Shown here piece after piece: positions 19,265 to 29,837 of a stretch of 64,000 nt of DNA. Below the pieces are notes generated by a model. The model had not been told where the DNA came from and ran no database searches. It saw nothing but the letters and a program-made list of their open reading frames with translations. The stretch spans positions 8,362-72,361 of the forward strand of contig PBKN01000012.1 in assembly GCA_002721445.1 (NCBI GenBank), written 5' to 3'. Made by a program: the position numbers and the translations under genes. The stretch comes from Chloroflexota bacterium (GTDB taxonomy: Bacteria > Chloroflexota > Dehalococcoidia > Lucifugimonadales > GCA-002723415). Within the stretch, counting starts at the first letter, position 1; each line of letters begins with the position of its first letter.

Positions 19265-21736
19265 TCAATTAACTACACAATTAATTAATTTATCTTTTAT
19301 ATATATAATTTTTTTTATTTCTTTACCTGAAATATATTGATTAACTCGTTCTCTTTGTAATGCAATTTCTTTTATTTCACTTTCATTTAAATCAGATGTA
19401 ACATTTATTTTATCTCTAAATTTCCCATTAACCTGTATAATTATAGTTTTAGTATCTAATTCTAAATGCTTTAAACTCCATTGAGGCCATTTTTCATTAT
19501 GGACACTATATTTATATCCTTGTAAATACCATAGCTCTTCTGCCATATGAGGGGCAAATGGAGCAAGTAAAATAATTAATTTATTTTTAATATCATTCCA
19601 AATAACCTTGTTAATTGATTTTGTATTTAACTTTTCATTTATCCAATTGGTTAATTCCATTAAAGAAGCTATAGATGTATTAAATTTAAACTTTTCTAAA
19701 TCTTCTGTGACTTTACGAATAGTCTTATTAATTATATATGAAGCTTCTTTTTCTAATTTACTATCTTGATTATTAATAATAAGATTACTTTTATCTTTAT
19801 TAAATATTTCCCATACCCTATTAATCCAGCGAGACATACCTCTAAGTCCACTATCTGACCACTCTCCTCCTTGATCCCAAGGCCCTATAAACATTAAATA
19901 ACACCTGACCACATCTGCACCAACTTGATTAACATATTCATCCGGTGAAACTACGTTGCCTTTTGATTTACTCATTTTTTGACTGCCCGAAATTATATGA
20001 CCTTGGTTAAAAAGTTTTTTAAATGGTTCATCAATATTAATCAAACCTAAATCTCTTAAAGCTTTAACAAAAAATCTAGAATACAATAGGTGCATAACTG
20101 CATGCTCTGCACCACCTGTGTATTGATCAACTGAACCCCATTCTAATATTTTATTTCTATCAAAAATACCTTCTTTATAATTTGGACTTAAGTATCTGAA
20201 AAAATACCATGAAGAATCTACAAAAGTATCCATAGTATCAGTTTCTCTTTTTGCTTCTAAATTACAATTAGGACAAATAGTATTTACAAAATCTAAACTT
20301 GTAGATAATGGAGATTCTCCTGTAGGTAAAAATTCAGCATTTTCAGGTAATAGTACAGGCAAATCTTTTTCAGGCACAGGTACAATCCCACAATCATTAC
20401 AATAAATAATAGGAATTGGAGTACCCCAATATCTTTGTCTAGAAATCAACCAATCACGCATCTTATAATTTATAGACCTTTTTCCATATCCTCTATTTTC
20501 AATATAATCTGCAATTTTATTTTTAGCTTCTATGTTTGACAAGCCATCAAATTTACCTGAATTAACCATAACTCCATCAGACAAGTATGCTTCCAAAATA
20601 TCTTTATTTTTGCTTGTAGGATCTTGAACCACCAGCTTAATCTCTAATTTATATTTTTTCGCAAATTTATAATCTCTTTGATCATGAGATGGGACACCCA
20701 TAACTACACCAGTTCCATAGCTTAAAAGAACATAATCTGCTACAAAAATTGGTATACGGTCTCCATTTAATCTATTCGTACAATAAGAACCAGTAAATAC
20801 ACCAGTTTTATCTTTATCAGTAGATAATCGTTCTATTTCAGAAGATTTACTTGCTTCATAAATATATGACTTTACTTGATCAATATTATCTGAAGTGGTC
20901 AATTGAGTTACTAAAGGATGCTCTGGCGCTATAACTATAAAAGTGACTCCAAATATAGTATCTATTCTAGTAGTAAATGTATTTATAAATTTTTGGTCTA
21001 GTGAATATTCCGAAATATCAAAACTTATCTCAACTCCTTCACTCTTCCCAATCCAATTCATCTGCATTGATTTAATTTTTTCTGGCCAATCAATTTTAGA
21101 TTGATCTAAAAGCTCATCAGCATATTGAGTAATTTTAAAAAACCACTGATTTAAATCACGTTTTATAACTTCAGTATCGCATCTTTCACATAAACCACTT
21201 TCCAAAACTTGTTCATTAGCTAAAACTGTATTACATGAATCACACCAATTAGCTGGAGCATAAGATCTGTAAGCTAATCCTGATTTATACAGCTGCAAAA
21301 AGACCCATTGATTCCATTTATAATAATCAGGTTTACAAGTAACTATTTCTCTATCCCAATCATAAATAGTACCCATTGATTTCAATTGTCGACGCATATT
21401 TTCTATATTTTGCATTGTCCATTTATATGGATGTATACCATGCTTTATCGCAGCATTTTCAGCAGGTAATCCAAAAGCATCGAAACCCATAGGATGAAGA
21501 ACATTATATCCTTGCATTCTGCGAAATCTTGCACGTGTATCAGAAGGTGTCATAGCATACCAATGCCCAATATGCATATCGCCTGAAGGATATGGATACA
21601 TAGTTAATTCATACCATTTAGGTTTATCGTCTTTATCGTTGACTTTATATAATTTATCTTTAAACCATTTATTTTGCCATTTTTGTTCAATTTTTTGATG
21701 AGGATAACGATCGGCAAATAAATCGGATGATTCCAT
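19265..21736 (-). CDS. leuS: Leucine--tRNA ligase
   Basis: 823 aa. HIGH (PSGDMHIGHWY), KMSKS, bacterial-type editing domain length. Confidence 0.97.
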   Translation of the reverse strand: MESSDLFADRYPHQKIEQKWQNKWFKDKLYKVNDKDDKPKWYELTMYPYPSGDMHIGHWYAMTPSDTRARFRRMQGYNVLHPMGFDAFGLPAENAAIKHGIHPYKWTMQNIENMRRQLKSMGTIYDWDREIVTCKPDYYKWNQWVFLQLYKSGLAYRSYAPANWCDSCNTVLANEQVLESGLCERCDTEVIKRDLNQWFFKITQYADELLDQSKIDWPEKIKSMQMNWIGKSEGVEISFDISEYSLDQKFINTFTTRIDTIFGVTFIVIAPEHPLVTQLTTSDNIDQVKSYIYEASKSSEIERLSTDKDKTGVFTGSYCTNRLNGDRIPIFVADYVLLSYGTGVVMGVPSHDQRDYKFAKKYKLEIKLVVQDPTSKNKDILEAYLSDGVMVNSGKFDGLSNIEAKNKIADYIENRGYGKRSINYKMRDWLISRQRYWGTPIPIIYCNDCGIVPVPEKDLPVLLPENAEFLPTGESPLSTSLDFVNTICPNCNLEAKRETDTMDTFVDSSWYFFRYLSPNYKEGIFDRNKILEWGSVDQYTGGAEHAVMHLLYSRFFVKALRDLGLINIDEPFKKLFNQGHIISGSQKMSKSKGNVVSPDEYVNQVGADVVRCYLMFIGPWDQGGEWSDSGLRGMSRWINRVWEIFNKDKSNLIINNQDSKLEKEASYIINKTIRKVTEDLEKFKFNTSIASLMELTNWINEKLNTKSINKVIWNDIKNKLIILLAPFAPHMAEELWYLQGYKYSVHNEKWPQWSLKHLELDTKTIIIQVNGKFRDKINVTSDLNESEIKEIALQRERVNQYISGKEIKKIIYIKDKLINCVVN

Positions 21737-21771
21737 TATTTTTACTCCAACACTTTTAAAATATATAAAAA

Positions 21772-22860
21772 CTAATATAAGTCTTTAATATAATCAACTA
21801 CTGAATCCCCAACTTTAGAAGTAGAAGATGTTCCTCCTAAATCTTTAGTCAAAATATTTCCCTCTTTAATTAATTGTTCTACAGCACTTTGTATAATTTT
21901 AGAAGAGCTACTTTCTCCTAAATGGTCTAACATCATTGCTCCAGAAAAAATAGTGGCCAAAGGATTTGACACACCTTGATCTATTATATCTGGGGCACTC
22001 CCATGAACTGGTTCAAACATAGAAGGAAAATTACGAGATGGATCAATATTTCCACTAGGAGCTAATCCCATACTCCCAGTAATTATTGCTCCAATATCTG
22101 TTAAAATATCGCCAAATAAATTACTCGCAACTACTACATCAAAAACTTCTGGTTTACGAATAAAATCCATACATGCTGCATCAACTAATAAAGATTCAGT
22201 TTTTATATCTGGATAATTTCTTGCAATATTATCAAATGCTCTATCCCATACAACCATTCCATATCCTTGAGCATTTGATTTCGTTACTGAAGTTACTAAT
22301 TTCTTATTTCCTCTTTTGCGTGCAAGCTGAAAAGCATAATTTATTACTCTTTCACAACCTCTTTTAGTAAATACTCCTGTTTGAATCCCAATTTCGTTAG
22401 AATCACCAAAGTACTGAAATCCACCAATATTAGCATATTCTCCTTCAGTGTTTTCTCTTATAACAACAAAATCTATTTCACCAGCCTTATAACCTTTGAG
22501 AGGGGAAGTTACACCTTGGTATAAAGTAGATGGACGTTCACAAACATATTGATCAAATTTCCTTCTTATTGGTAATAACAACCCATTTAAAGTAATGTGA
22601 TCTTGTAATTCAGGATGGCCTACAGCACCTAAATATATTGAATCAAAATTCAATAATTGATTGAGCCCATCATCTGGCATCATAAATCCGTTTTTGAAAT
22701 AATAATCAGAGCCCCAATCAAATTCAACAAAAGAAAAACTTATATTACTATTTTTCGAAATAAAATTTAATACTTTTAAGCCTTCCTCAATTACTTCAGG
22801 CCCTATGCCATCTCCTCTTATAACTGCTATATTATATTCTGACATATAATCTCCATTCAT
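21772..22860 (-). CDS. Tartrate / D-malate dehydrogenase (decarboxylating), IPMDH-family paralog
   Basis: 362 aa. Closely follows the DmlA/TDH pattern (IRGDGIGPEV, MMPDDG, IYLGAVG, VVIRENTEGEY, HGSAPDI). ATGA start/stop overlap with the upstream NUDIX gene. Confidence 0.8.
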   Translation of the reverse strand: MNGDYMSEYNIAVIRGDGIGPEVIEEGLKVLNFISKNSNISFSFVEFDWGSDYYFKNGFMMPDDGLNQLLNFDSIYLGAVGHPELQDHITLNGLLLPIRRKFDQYVCERPSTLYQGVTSPLKGYKAGEIDFVVIRENTEGEYANIGGFQYFGDSNEIGIQTGVFTKRGCERVINYAFQLARKRGNKKLVTSVTKSNAQGYGMVVWDRAFDNIARNYPDIKTESLLVDAACMDFIRKPEVFDVVVASNLFGDILTDIGAIITGSMGLAPSGNIDPSRNFPSMFEPVHGSAPDIIDQGVSNPLATIFSGAMMLDHLGESSSSKIIQSAVEQLIKEGNILTKDLGGTSSTSKVGDSVVDYIKDLY

Positions 22861-23354
22861 TTTTTTTCTGCATATTCAAAAGCTTTAATAGCAAGTGACT
22901 TTACATCTTCAGGTATAGTTTTAAATGAGCCATCAGGTGTCATTAAAGGCAAATCTCTCAATAAATCCTCCTTTAACACCCATAGCCAATCAGGTTTTAA
23001 TGAATATTTTTTTTCAACTAATTTACAAAAATATATCATATCTATATGGTTATGATTACCTATAATTTTATCTGAAATTTTTTCTAACATAATAATAAAT
23101 GGTGGTTCAATCTGAATAGGATCATCAAAATCTAATCTTTCCCTAGTATTTAATATTTCTACTTTAAGACCGGTTTCTTCAAAAACCTCTCTCAACACTG
23201 TTTGAGCTGGGTCTTCATTACTTTCTATATGTCCTCCAGGAGGTAACCAAGCTAAAACTTTAGGATGCCAATGAAGTAAAATAGCATTAGAATCTACAAC
23301 AAATCCTGTTGCAGTAAAATGACGTATATTACTCATAAAAAATACCTCAACCAA
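22857..23354 (-). CDS. NUDIX hydrolase
   Basis: Nudix box GGHIESNEDPAQTVLREVFEETG. The likely true start is ATG at 23336, with GAGG 8 nt upstream. Confidence 0.85.
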   Translation of the reverse strand: MVEVFFMSNIRHFTATGFVVDSNAILLHWHPKVLAWLPPGGHIESNEDPAQTVLREVFEETGLKVEILNTRERLDFDDPIQIEPPFIIMLEKISDKIIGNHNHIDMIYFCKLVEKKYSLKPDWLWVLKEDLLRDLPLMTPDGSFKTIPEDVKSLAIKAFEYAEKK

Positions 23355-23362
23355 GAGAGAAA

Positions 23363-23435
23363 TGGCCCCAACGGAATTCGAATCCGTGTTTGCGCCTTGA
23401 AAGGGCGCTGTCCTAGGCCTCTAGACGATGGGGCC
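23363..23435 (-). tRNA. tRNA-Glu (anticodon UUC), CCA not encoded
   Basis: Reverse complement reads GGCCCCATCGTCTAGAGGCCTAGGACAGCGCCCTTTCAAGGCGCAAACACGGATTCGAATTCCGTTGGGGCCA. It has a 7-bp acceptor stem, anticodon stem GCGCC/GGCGC, loop CTTTCAA and a T-arm with GGATTCGAATTCC. Confidence 0.9.
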
Positions 23436-23469
23436 ACAATAATTATTGAATATATGAATTATAATTCTT

Positions 23470-24504
23470 TTATGGGTATATAGCCAACTGTTTTAATCCC
23501 TCATCTTCATTAAATCCACACATAATATTCATATTTTGTACAGCTTGACCTGCAGCACCTTTAACTAAGTTATCTATAGAACTTATAACTATTATTTTTT
23601 TTGAAATATTATCAAGATATGGATATATAACACAGTTATTAGTCCCTAAAGTCTGTTTAGTCATTGGTGAAGAATCTATAATTTCAACAAATGGATGGTC
23701 TAAATAAAAATCTTTAAACAAATCTAAAAGTTGTATTTGCCCTTTATCACCTTCACTCAATACATTTTCTTTGAGAGAAGTATAAGATGTAGCTAATATT
23801 CCTCTTACCATAGGAGAAAGATGCGGGACAAAAGTTATACTAGTGTTTAGATTTGGATTTATTAAATCTAACTCTTGTTTGATTTCAGGCATATGCCTGT
23901 GATTGTTAACTGAATATGCTAGCATATTTTCTGTCATTTCAGAAAAATGAGTTTTTAATGCCAAAGCTCTTCCTGCACCAGAAACTCCAGATTTTGCATC
24001 TATAATAATATCATTAGTAATGATTTTATTATTAACTAAAGGAGCTAAGGCTAATATAGATGCGGTAGGATAACATCCAGGATTTGCTACTAAATTTGAA
24101 GATTCAATTTCATCTCTATATATTTCTGGTAAACCATATACTGATTTTTTCAGAATACTTGGATACAAGTGATCGTAATCATACCAAATTTTATATTGTT
24201 CTTTATTTTTCAACCTAAAATCTGCACTTATATCAACAATTTTCGTGTCTTTATCAATGTAATTTTTTATTTTTTCTGCACTAGCAGAATGTGGCAATGC
24301 AGAAAAAATAAATTTAACATTAGGATCTAATTCTTCAGTTATTCTTAAATTAACCTGAGAAAGATGTGGGAAAACTTCACCTAGCATTTTACCAACTGAA
24401 CTTCTACCAGTAACTGAAACTATATCCACTTCTTTATGTTGATATAAAATACGAGCTAGCTCAGAACCAGCATAACCAGTAACATTAATTATTCCAACTT
24501 TCAT
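23470..24504 (-). CDS. argC: N-acetyl-gamma-glutamyl-phosphate reductase
   Basis: 344 aa. MKVGIINVTGYAGSEL N-terminus and active-site region NPGCYPTA. Confidence 0.92.
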   Translation of the reverse strand: MKVGIINVTGYAGSELARILYQHKEVDIVSVTGRSSVGKMLGEVFPHLSQVNLRITEELDPNVKFIFSALPHSASAEKIKNYIDKDTKIVDISADFRLKNKEQYKIWYDYDHLYPSILKKSVYGLPEIYRDEIESSNLVANPGCYPTASILALAPLVNNKIITNDIIIDAKSGVSGAGRALALKTHFSEMTENMLAYSVNNHRHMPEIKQELDLINPNLNTSITFVPHLSPMVRGILATSYTSLKENVLSEGDKGQIQLLDLFKDFYLDHPFVEIIDSSPMTKQTLGTNNCVIYPYLDNISKKIIVISSIDNLVKGAAGQAVQNMNIMCGFNEDEGLKQLAIYP

Positions 24505-24566
24505 TTAAGCCTCAATAATAAATACTATATGAATTAGATTACTATTATACAGTAAAAATCAAATTA

Positions 24567-25247
24567 TTATTCTTTTGATGGGCAAATAGTAGACAAAACA
24601 CATGAAGCACATTTAGGCCCTCTGGCCTGGCAAACTTCTCTACCATGCCTAATAAGATTCATGTGAAATGAAAATACTTTATCTGGTTTAATCATTTCTT
24701 CTAAAATCTCATGTGCATCATCAGCATTGATTTTATTATTAATAAAGCCTAACCTTTTTGAAAGACGAAAAATATGTGTGTCTACAGGCATTACAGGCAT
24801 ACCAAAAGAAAAACATAGAACTATTGCAGCAGTTTTGGGGCCTATACCAGGTAAAGATTTAAGCCATGACTTAGCCTCATCTATATCCATTTCTGATAAA
24901 AAAGAAAGATCGAATGAACCTATATTTTCGTAAATAATTTGGAGGACTTCTTTTATTCTAGATGCTTTTATTTTTGCTAGGCCTCCTCTATAAATTGCCG
25001 ATTCTACACTTTTAACAGGTGCATCTTTTAATAATTCAAAAGATTTAAATTTTTTAATTAAGCTATTAAATGCTCTAATAGAATTAATGTCAGAAGTATG
25101 TTGAGATAATATTGTATACACTAATTCAGATATGGGATCCCTTCTAGCTTCCCAATCAATTTCACCATATTCTTTTTGCAATAATTTTATTGTTTTATTA
25201 ATTTGTTTAATTTTTGAAGCAGTATCTTTTGAATTGCTTTTAATCAA
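24567..25247 (-). CDS. nth: Endonuclease III-like HhH-GPD base-excision glycosylase
   Basis: 226 aa. Helix-hairpin-helix LPGIGPKTA and a C-terminal 4Fe-4S cluster loop C-x6-C-x2-C-x5-C (CQARGPKCASCVLSTIC). Confidence 0.85.
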   Translation of the reverse strand: MIKSNSKDTASKIKQINKTIKLLQKEYGEIDWEARRDPISELVYTILSQHTSDINSIRAFNSLIKKFKSFELLKDAPVKSVESAIYRGGLAKIKASRIKEVLQIIYENIGSFDLSFLSEMDIDEAKSWLKSLPGIGPKTAAIVLCFSFGMPVMPVDTHIFRLSKRLGFINNKINADDAHEILEEMIKPDKVFSFHMNLIRHGREVCQARGPKCASCVLSTICPSKE

Positions 25248-25293
25248 ACCTTACCTCGTTTTAAATATATAATGATAAACATTTATACTTTAA

Positions 25294-26280
25294 TTGATAT
25301 ATAATAACAAAATTAATTATATATCAATCTTAATAAGGATATGTAGCTTGGATGTAATAAATTTAATCAATAATATATCTGATGATAATATACCTTACAA
25401 ACATTCAGACTTAATCCATATTTCAAGTATTAACAAAAAACAATTAGAAGTATTTTTCAAAACTTGGAAAGGTATTTCTAAAACACGAAAAATAGATTTA
25501 TTAAAAAAATTCATTTTATTATCTGAAGAAAATGTTGAACTAGACTATTCTCAAATATTTATAAGATTTCTAACAGATGAAGAACCTGAAATTAACCAAC
25601 TCTCACTTGAAGGCTTATGGGAATATGAAGGTAGAGAAATAATTGATCCAGTTATAAGTTTACTTGATAAAATTCACTCTGTTGAAGTAAGAATTTCTGC
25701 TATTTCACTTTTAGGTATATATATCATGCATGCTCTAGATAAAAAAATAATTAAAAGAGATGCTGATAAAATAATTAATCAACTTAAGTTAATATTTAAA
25801 AATGAAAAAGATATAAATATAAGAAAAAAAGTGCTCGAAGCTATATCTCCTTATGGAGATGAAGAAATAAACATATTTATAAATCAAACATATAAATCAA
25901 ATAATATAGAGTTTAAAAAAAGTGCTATATTCTCAATGGGTCAAACTTACAACGAAAAGTGGTTACCTAAAATATTATCAGAATTAGATTCTATTAATCC
26001 TGGTATTAGATTTGAGGCAGTAAATGCTTATGCTAAACTTTGCAATTCAAATAATATTTCTCCTATAGTTAAACTTATAAAAGATAATGATCATGAAATA
26101 AGAATAGCCACGTTAAATGCTATAGGTGTAATTGGTGGAGAAACATCAATAAAATTTCTTGAAACCATTTCGAACAAATCTAATTCCAGTCTATCTAAAG
26201 CAGCAAATGAAATATTAAAGAATATAAAATCTGAAGAAAATTATTCCTTCTTCACTCCAATAGAAATAAATCCAAATTAA
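25294..26280 (+). CDS. HEAT-repeat (PBS-lyase-like repeat) protein
   Basis: 328 aa. Repeated about 30-aa helical units near the C-terminus (NPGIRFEAVNAYAKL / DHEIRIATLNAIGVIG). TTG start is uncertain. Confidence 0.55.
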   Translation: MIYNNKINYISILIRICSLDVINLINNISDDNIPYKHSDLIHISSINKKQLEVFFKTWKGISKTRKIDLLKKFILLSEENVELDYSQIFIRFLTDEEPEINQLSLEGLWEYEGREIIDPVISLLDKIHSVEVRISAISLLGIYIMHALDKKIIKRDADKIINQLKLIFKNEKDINIRKKVLEAISPYGDEEINIFINQTYKSNNIEFKKSAIFSMGQTYNEKWLPKILSELDSINPGIRFEAVNAYAKLCNSNNISPIVKLIKDNDHEIRIATLNAIGVIGGETSIKFLETISNKSNSSLSKAANEILKNIKSEENYSFFTPIEINPN

Positions 26281-26308
26281 TTGATTTAAGCTTAGAAAAA
26301 CTAATTTA

Positions 26309-27250
26309 ATGACAATGTTAAAAAAATCAAATGATCATATCTGTGTAATTGGATCAGGCATAATTGGATCAGGCATAGCTTTAGATTTTGCTTTATCAGA
26401 TTATAAAGTAAAATTGATTACACGAACAAAAGAAAGTATAAAAAAGGCAAAAAGATTAATTACTGACGATATAAATTTTTTATTGAAAATTAAAAAAATA
26501 AGTGATAATGAAATTAAAAAAATAAAAAAGAAAATAGAATTTTCTTATTCAATAGAAAATTCTGTTAAAAACAGCCCTTTAATTATAGAAGCTATATATG
26601 AAAACCTACCTGATAAAATAGAATTATTTTCAAAACTAGATAAAGTATGTAATCCTGAGACCATAATTACCAGTAGCACTTCTAGTTTTCTGCCTGAGCA
26701 ATTTCAATTAAGCTCTAATCGTCAAAAAAACATAATTTTAACTCATTATATTAATCCGCCATATATTATTCCTTTAGTTGAAATTGTTCCTGGAAGTAAA
26801 AGTTCAGATAAAACCATATCTGCAGTATATGAATTACTAAAATCAATAAATAAAAAACCTGTTATCCTCGATAAACCTATACCAGGTTTTATATCTGTAA
26901 GATTACAAGTTGCCTTAATTAGAGAAGCTCTTTATTTGATCGATAATAATCTTGCAAGTGCTAAACAAATAGATGATGTAATCAAATACAGTATTGGTAG
27001 AAGGTGGGCAACATCTGGTTTATTAAAAACACTAGATCTAGGTGGCTGGGATGTTCAATCTAATATATATAAAACCCTTGTAACTGAATTATCCGATTCA
27101 AAAAATATTCCGAAAATACTTAAATCTAATCTACTTGAAAAAAAATTAGGAACTAAATCACAAGAAGGCTTCTATAAATGGACACCAGAAGAAATAATAG
27201 AAATAAAAACAAATATTGCTAAAATTTCTTATTATTTAGACAAATTTTAG
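26309..27250 (+). CDS. 3-hydroxyacyl-CoA dehydrogenase family protein
   Basis: 313 aa. N-terminal Rossmann motif VIGSGIIGSGIA and an HFxNP-like THYINPP segment. Confidence 0.8.
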   Translation: MTMLKKSNDHICVIGSGIIGSGIALDFALSDYKVKLITRTKESIKKAKRLITDDINFLLKIKKISDNEIKKIKKKIEFSYSIENSVKNSPLIIEAIYENLPDKIELFSKLDKVCNPETIITSSTSSFLPEQFQLSSNRQKNIILTHYINPPYIIPLVEIVPGSKSSDKTISAVYELLKSINKKPVILDKPIPGFISVRLQVALIREALYLIDNNLASAKQIDDVIKYSIGRRWATSGLLKTLDLGGWDVQSNIYKTLVTELSDSKNIPKILKSNLLEKKLGTKSQEGFYKWTPEEIIEIKTNIAKISYYLDKF

Positions 27251-27261
27251 TATATCTAATT

Positions 27262-27672
27262 TTACAAAATACCAACAGCTTTAATTTCAACTAAATATTC
27301 ATCACTTACTAAAGATTCTACAACAAGTAAAGTATTTGCAGGATAATCATGATTAGGATAATAATTAGAGAAAACTTCTTTTCTAGCATCTAAAAAAGGT
27401 TTGATCGATTCTTTTCCAACTAAATAAGTTGTAAATTCTAATATATCGCTCATGTCAGCACTCTGACTATTTAATATAAGTTGAATATTTCTAAATGTCT
27501 GAACAGTTTGCTTGAATACATCATTTTTCCCAACTAGGGTTCCGTTTATATCTACACCTACTTGACCAGAGATAAAAATTAATTCATCCTTATTAGATTT
27601 AACTGCCTGAGAATATAAACCAAGAGCTCTTGGTGCTTTTTTCGTATTTATAATTGACTTAGTTCTAACCAT
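27262..27672 (-). CDS. ridA: RidA/YjgF family reactive-intermediate deaminase
   Basis: KAPRALGLYSQAV...ISGQVG...VEIKAV pattern. I prefer ATG at 27672 (preceded by AAGGAG) over the GTG at 27729 listed in the track. Confidence 0.85.
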   Translation of the reverse strand: MVRTKSIINTKKAPRALGLYSQAVKSNKDELIFISGQVGVDINGTLVGKNDVFKQTVQTFRNIQLILNSQSADMSDILEFTTYLVGKESIKPFLDARKEVFSNYYPNHDYPANTLLVVESLVSDEYLVEIKAVGIL

Positions 27673-27899
27673 ATTTGTTTTTTCTCCTTTACAATAAAAA
27701 TTATAATAACCTCTCTTAAATCTCTTCACTTATACGATAAGTTCAAACAATTCATGCTAACTATGATTCAAGGAGTTTAATGATGTAATTAAAATATTAA
27801 TAGCCTAGTTATACGCATACTTTTATTTAAAGTGCAACAAGCCTTAATCCACCAAATACTATTATTTGTCTTTCAGTGATATTTACTGTTTTCTCCTCA

Positions 27900-29279
27900 T
27901 TAATTTATATTATCTAGAATAGTTTGTCGTAATTGTGGTGCTCGAATAGATACTTCTCGGGCGATTTCATTTTCATCGACATTTAAAATTTTACTATTAC
28001 GCATGACTATCTGGCCATTAATAATCACGTCATTTACATCACTCCCACGTAAAGAATTTACAATCGCAAAGTAAGGATCGTCTATTGGTAAAGCATTGAG
28101 TCCCGGATTCAGAATCAGCAAGTCAGCGCGTTTTCCTGTTTCTAGCGAGCCAATTTCTTCATCAAGCCCACAAACACTTGCTCCTCCCAAAGTGGCCATT
28201 TTTACTAGCTCAAAAGGACTGATAACATTATCATCTAAATATGGGGTTCCATAATGTAGAGATTGAGCAATACCCGATAATTTCATGGCTTCAAATAAAT
28301 CCAATGAACCACGATTAGCTCCATCTGTACCTATTCCTATTTTAATACCTAACTTCTTCATTTGAACAAGTTTTGCCATACCTAAAGATGAAAAATTAGG
28401 AGATGGGCAATGAGCCACCCCTACTTGATGTTTGGCATATAGATCTACTTCTTTGTCGCTGAGCAAAACAGAATGGGCAGCGATTACATTTGAATTTAAG
28501 AATTCCAGGCTTGCAAGGTAATTTGCGGGTCTCATTCCATGATGGTCCTGAGCATGATAAATTTCATAGTGACCTTCATTGGCATGTGTTTGTACCATAG
28601 TGCTATATTCTTCTGCCATTTCAGCTGTTTTTTGTATTAGTTGTGGTGTACAAACTGTGATTTGCCGTAATGAGAAAACACCGCGAAGAAGACTATCATC
28701 ATCATTATTTTTGAATGGCCATCGTTGTACTACTTCTAGGTTTTTTTCAATTGCTTCTTCAGTCGAAAATAACATGTTATCTGGTAAATTCGGCAATCCA
28801 GTATCCATATCCATAGTAGAAATAGCTATAAGACCACGTATACCAACATTTTCTGCTGCTTTTACTAACTGTTCGGGATGACGTCCACCGTGTTCTGCAA
28901 AACAAGTAGTCCCAACACGTATTAAATTGCTATAAGCTGCTACACCACTTAAATATACATCTTCAGGAGTTAATTGTGACTCAAATGGAATGAGATAGTT
29001 CTTCCAAAAAGGATGTCGTGTTCCACTTCGAGCAATAGCAGCTCCCATTCCTCGCATCAAGTGCTGACATGTGTGGAAATGAGAATCTATCAGACCAGGC
29101 ATAATAATTTTTCCAGTTGCGTCAATTACCTGATCTACAGTTGTTTCAATATCTGAAGTGGTTTCATTTTGCGGAGCAATTGAAACAATTCGTGTTCCTT
29201 GTATAAGAATATGTCCATTATAAATAACACCCGATGATCCCATACTCACAATCGTGGCATTTTTTATCAATATATTCAT
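27900..29279 (-). CDS. Metal-dependent amidohydrolase, ATZ/TRZ / MTA-SAH-deaminase-like
   Basis: 459 aa. PGLIDSHFH (HxH metal site), later His residues and GTDG Asp motif. Visibly higher G+C (about 37-48% in the sampled lines) than neighbouring housekeeping genes. Confidence 0.8.
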   Translation of the reverse strand: MNILIKNATIVSMGSSGVIYNGHILIQGTRIVSIAPQNETTSDIETTVDQVIDATGKIIMPGLIDSHFHTCQHLMRGMGAAIARSGTRHPFWKNYLIPFESQLTPEDVYLSGVAAYSNLIRVGTTCFAEHGGRHPEQLVKAAENVGIRGLIAISTMDMDTGLPNLPDNMLFSTEEAIEKNLEVVQRWPFKNNDDDSLLRGVFSLRQITVCTPQLIQKTAEMAEEYSTMVQTHANEGHYEIYHAQDHHGMRPANYLASLEFLNSNVIAAHSVLLSDKEVDLYAKHQVGVAHCPSPNFSSLGMAKLVQMKKLGIKIGIGTDGANRGSLDLFEAMKLSGIAQSLHYGTPYLDDNVISPFELVKMATLGGASVCGLDEEIGSLETGKRADLLILNPGLNALPIDDPYFAIVNSLRGSDVNDVIINGQIVMRNSKILNVDENEIAREVSIRAPQLRQTILDNIN

Positions 29280-29488
29280 AGATTACCTACACAACTATCT
29301 TATAAGTTGAGTTTCTATTTCTTTATTTTCAGTTGATACCATACCTATTCATTTCGATTAGATAAATATTACAACAGTTGTCATTAAAAGAGATAGGGGT
29401 TTTATATTAAAAGTATATCTATATCATATTGAATACATGTACTTTATAGAGCCTCTCATAACATATCATATATAGGTATTTAAATTTG

Positions 29489-29791
29489 TTATGTTGATTG
29501 ATACCCTTCAGTCCAATACGAAATATATTCACCATCCACCCAAGTTGGCTCTGAATCAAGATGTTCCATTATCTTTTGAAAATTTTCATGTTGGTCAGGA
29601 TTATTCGCATTTGCCAAATGCGCTTCCTTACTTTCAAAAACTGCAACTCCAATCCATTCAGGTTGATTATCAGGATTCATTAAAAACCAACTTATTCCTC
29701 CAGCAGGAGGCTCTTCTCTAGAATTGAAAACTGCTAACAATTGGTCTTCATGACCAGCTTTTACCTTCATTGTAAAAATAGTGCCATACAT
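29489..29791 (-). CDS. Small ABM (antibiotic-biosynthesis-monooxygenase)-like / dimeric alpha-beta barrel protein
   Basis: 100 aa. Sequence pattern MKVKAGHEDQL...VAVFESKEAH...HENF resembles ABM-fold proteins. Same strand as the flanking genes. The opposite-strand ORF 29491..29721 looks like a shadow. Confidence 0.5.
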   Translation of the reverse strand: MYGTIFTMKVKAGHEDQLLAVFNSREEPPAGGISWFLMNPDNQPEWIGVAVFESKEAHLANANNPDQHENFQKIMEHLDSEPTWVDGEYISYWTEGYQST

Positions 29792-29837
29792 AAAAATACC
29801 TCTCTTTTAATTTAAAGACTTTCAAGTAATAAGTTCT

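Noticed and set aside
27771-27788. Mini-ORF AAGGAG-N4-ATG ATG TAA in the ridA / amidohydrolase spacer
   Set aside because: A two-codon ORF with a tight SD spacing. Most likely a chance occurrence or a remnant, with no leader-peptide context such as an attenuator structure.
28579-28881. 100-aa plus-strand ORF inside the amidohydrolase gene; similar shadows at 29491..29721, 31331..31657 and 31931..32158
   Set aside because: Each is antisense to a longer ORF with recognisable enzyme motifs. Cys/Ser/Pro-rich translations are typical of non-coding frames.
29280-29488. 209-bp spacer upstream of the amidohydrolase, examined for a small RNA, riboswitch or operator (contains ACAACAGTTGT)
   Set aside because: The only feature is an 11-bp palindrome. 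There are no conserved-looking helices or coding potential. Probably just a promoter region.
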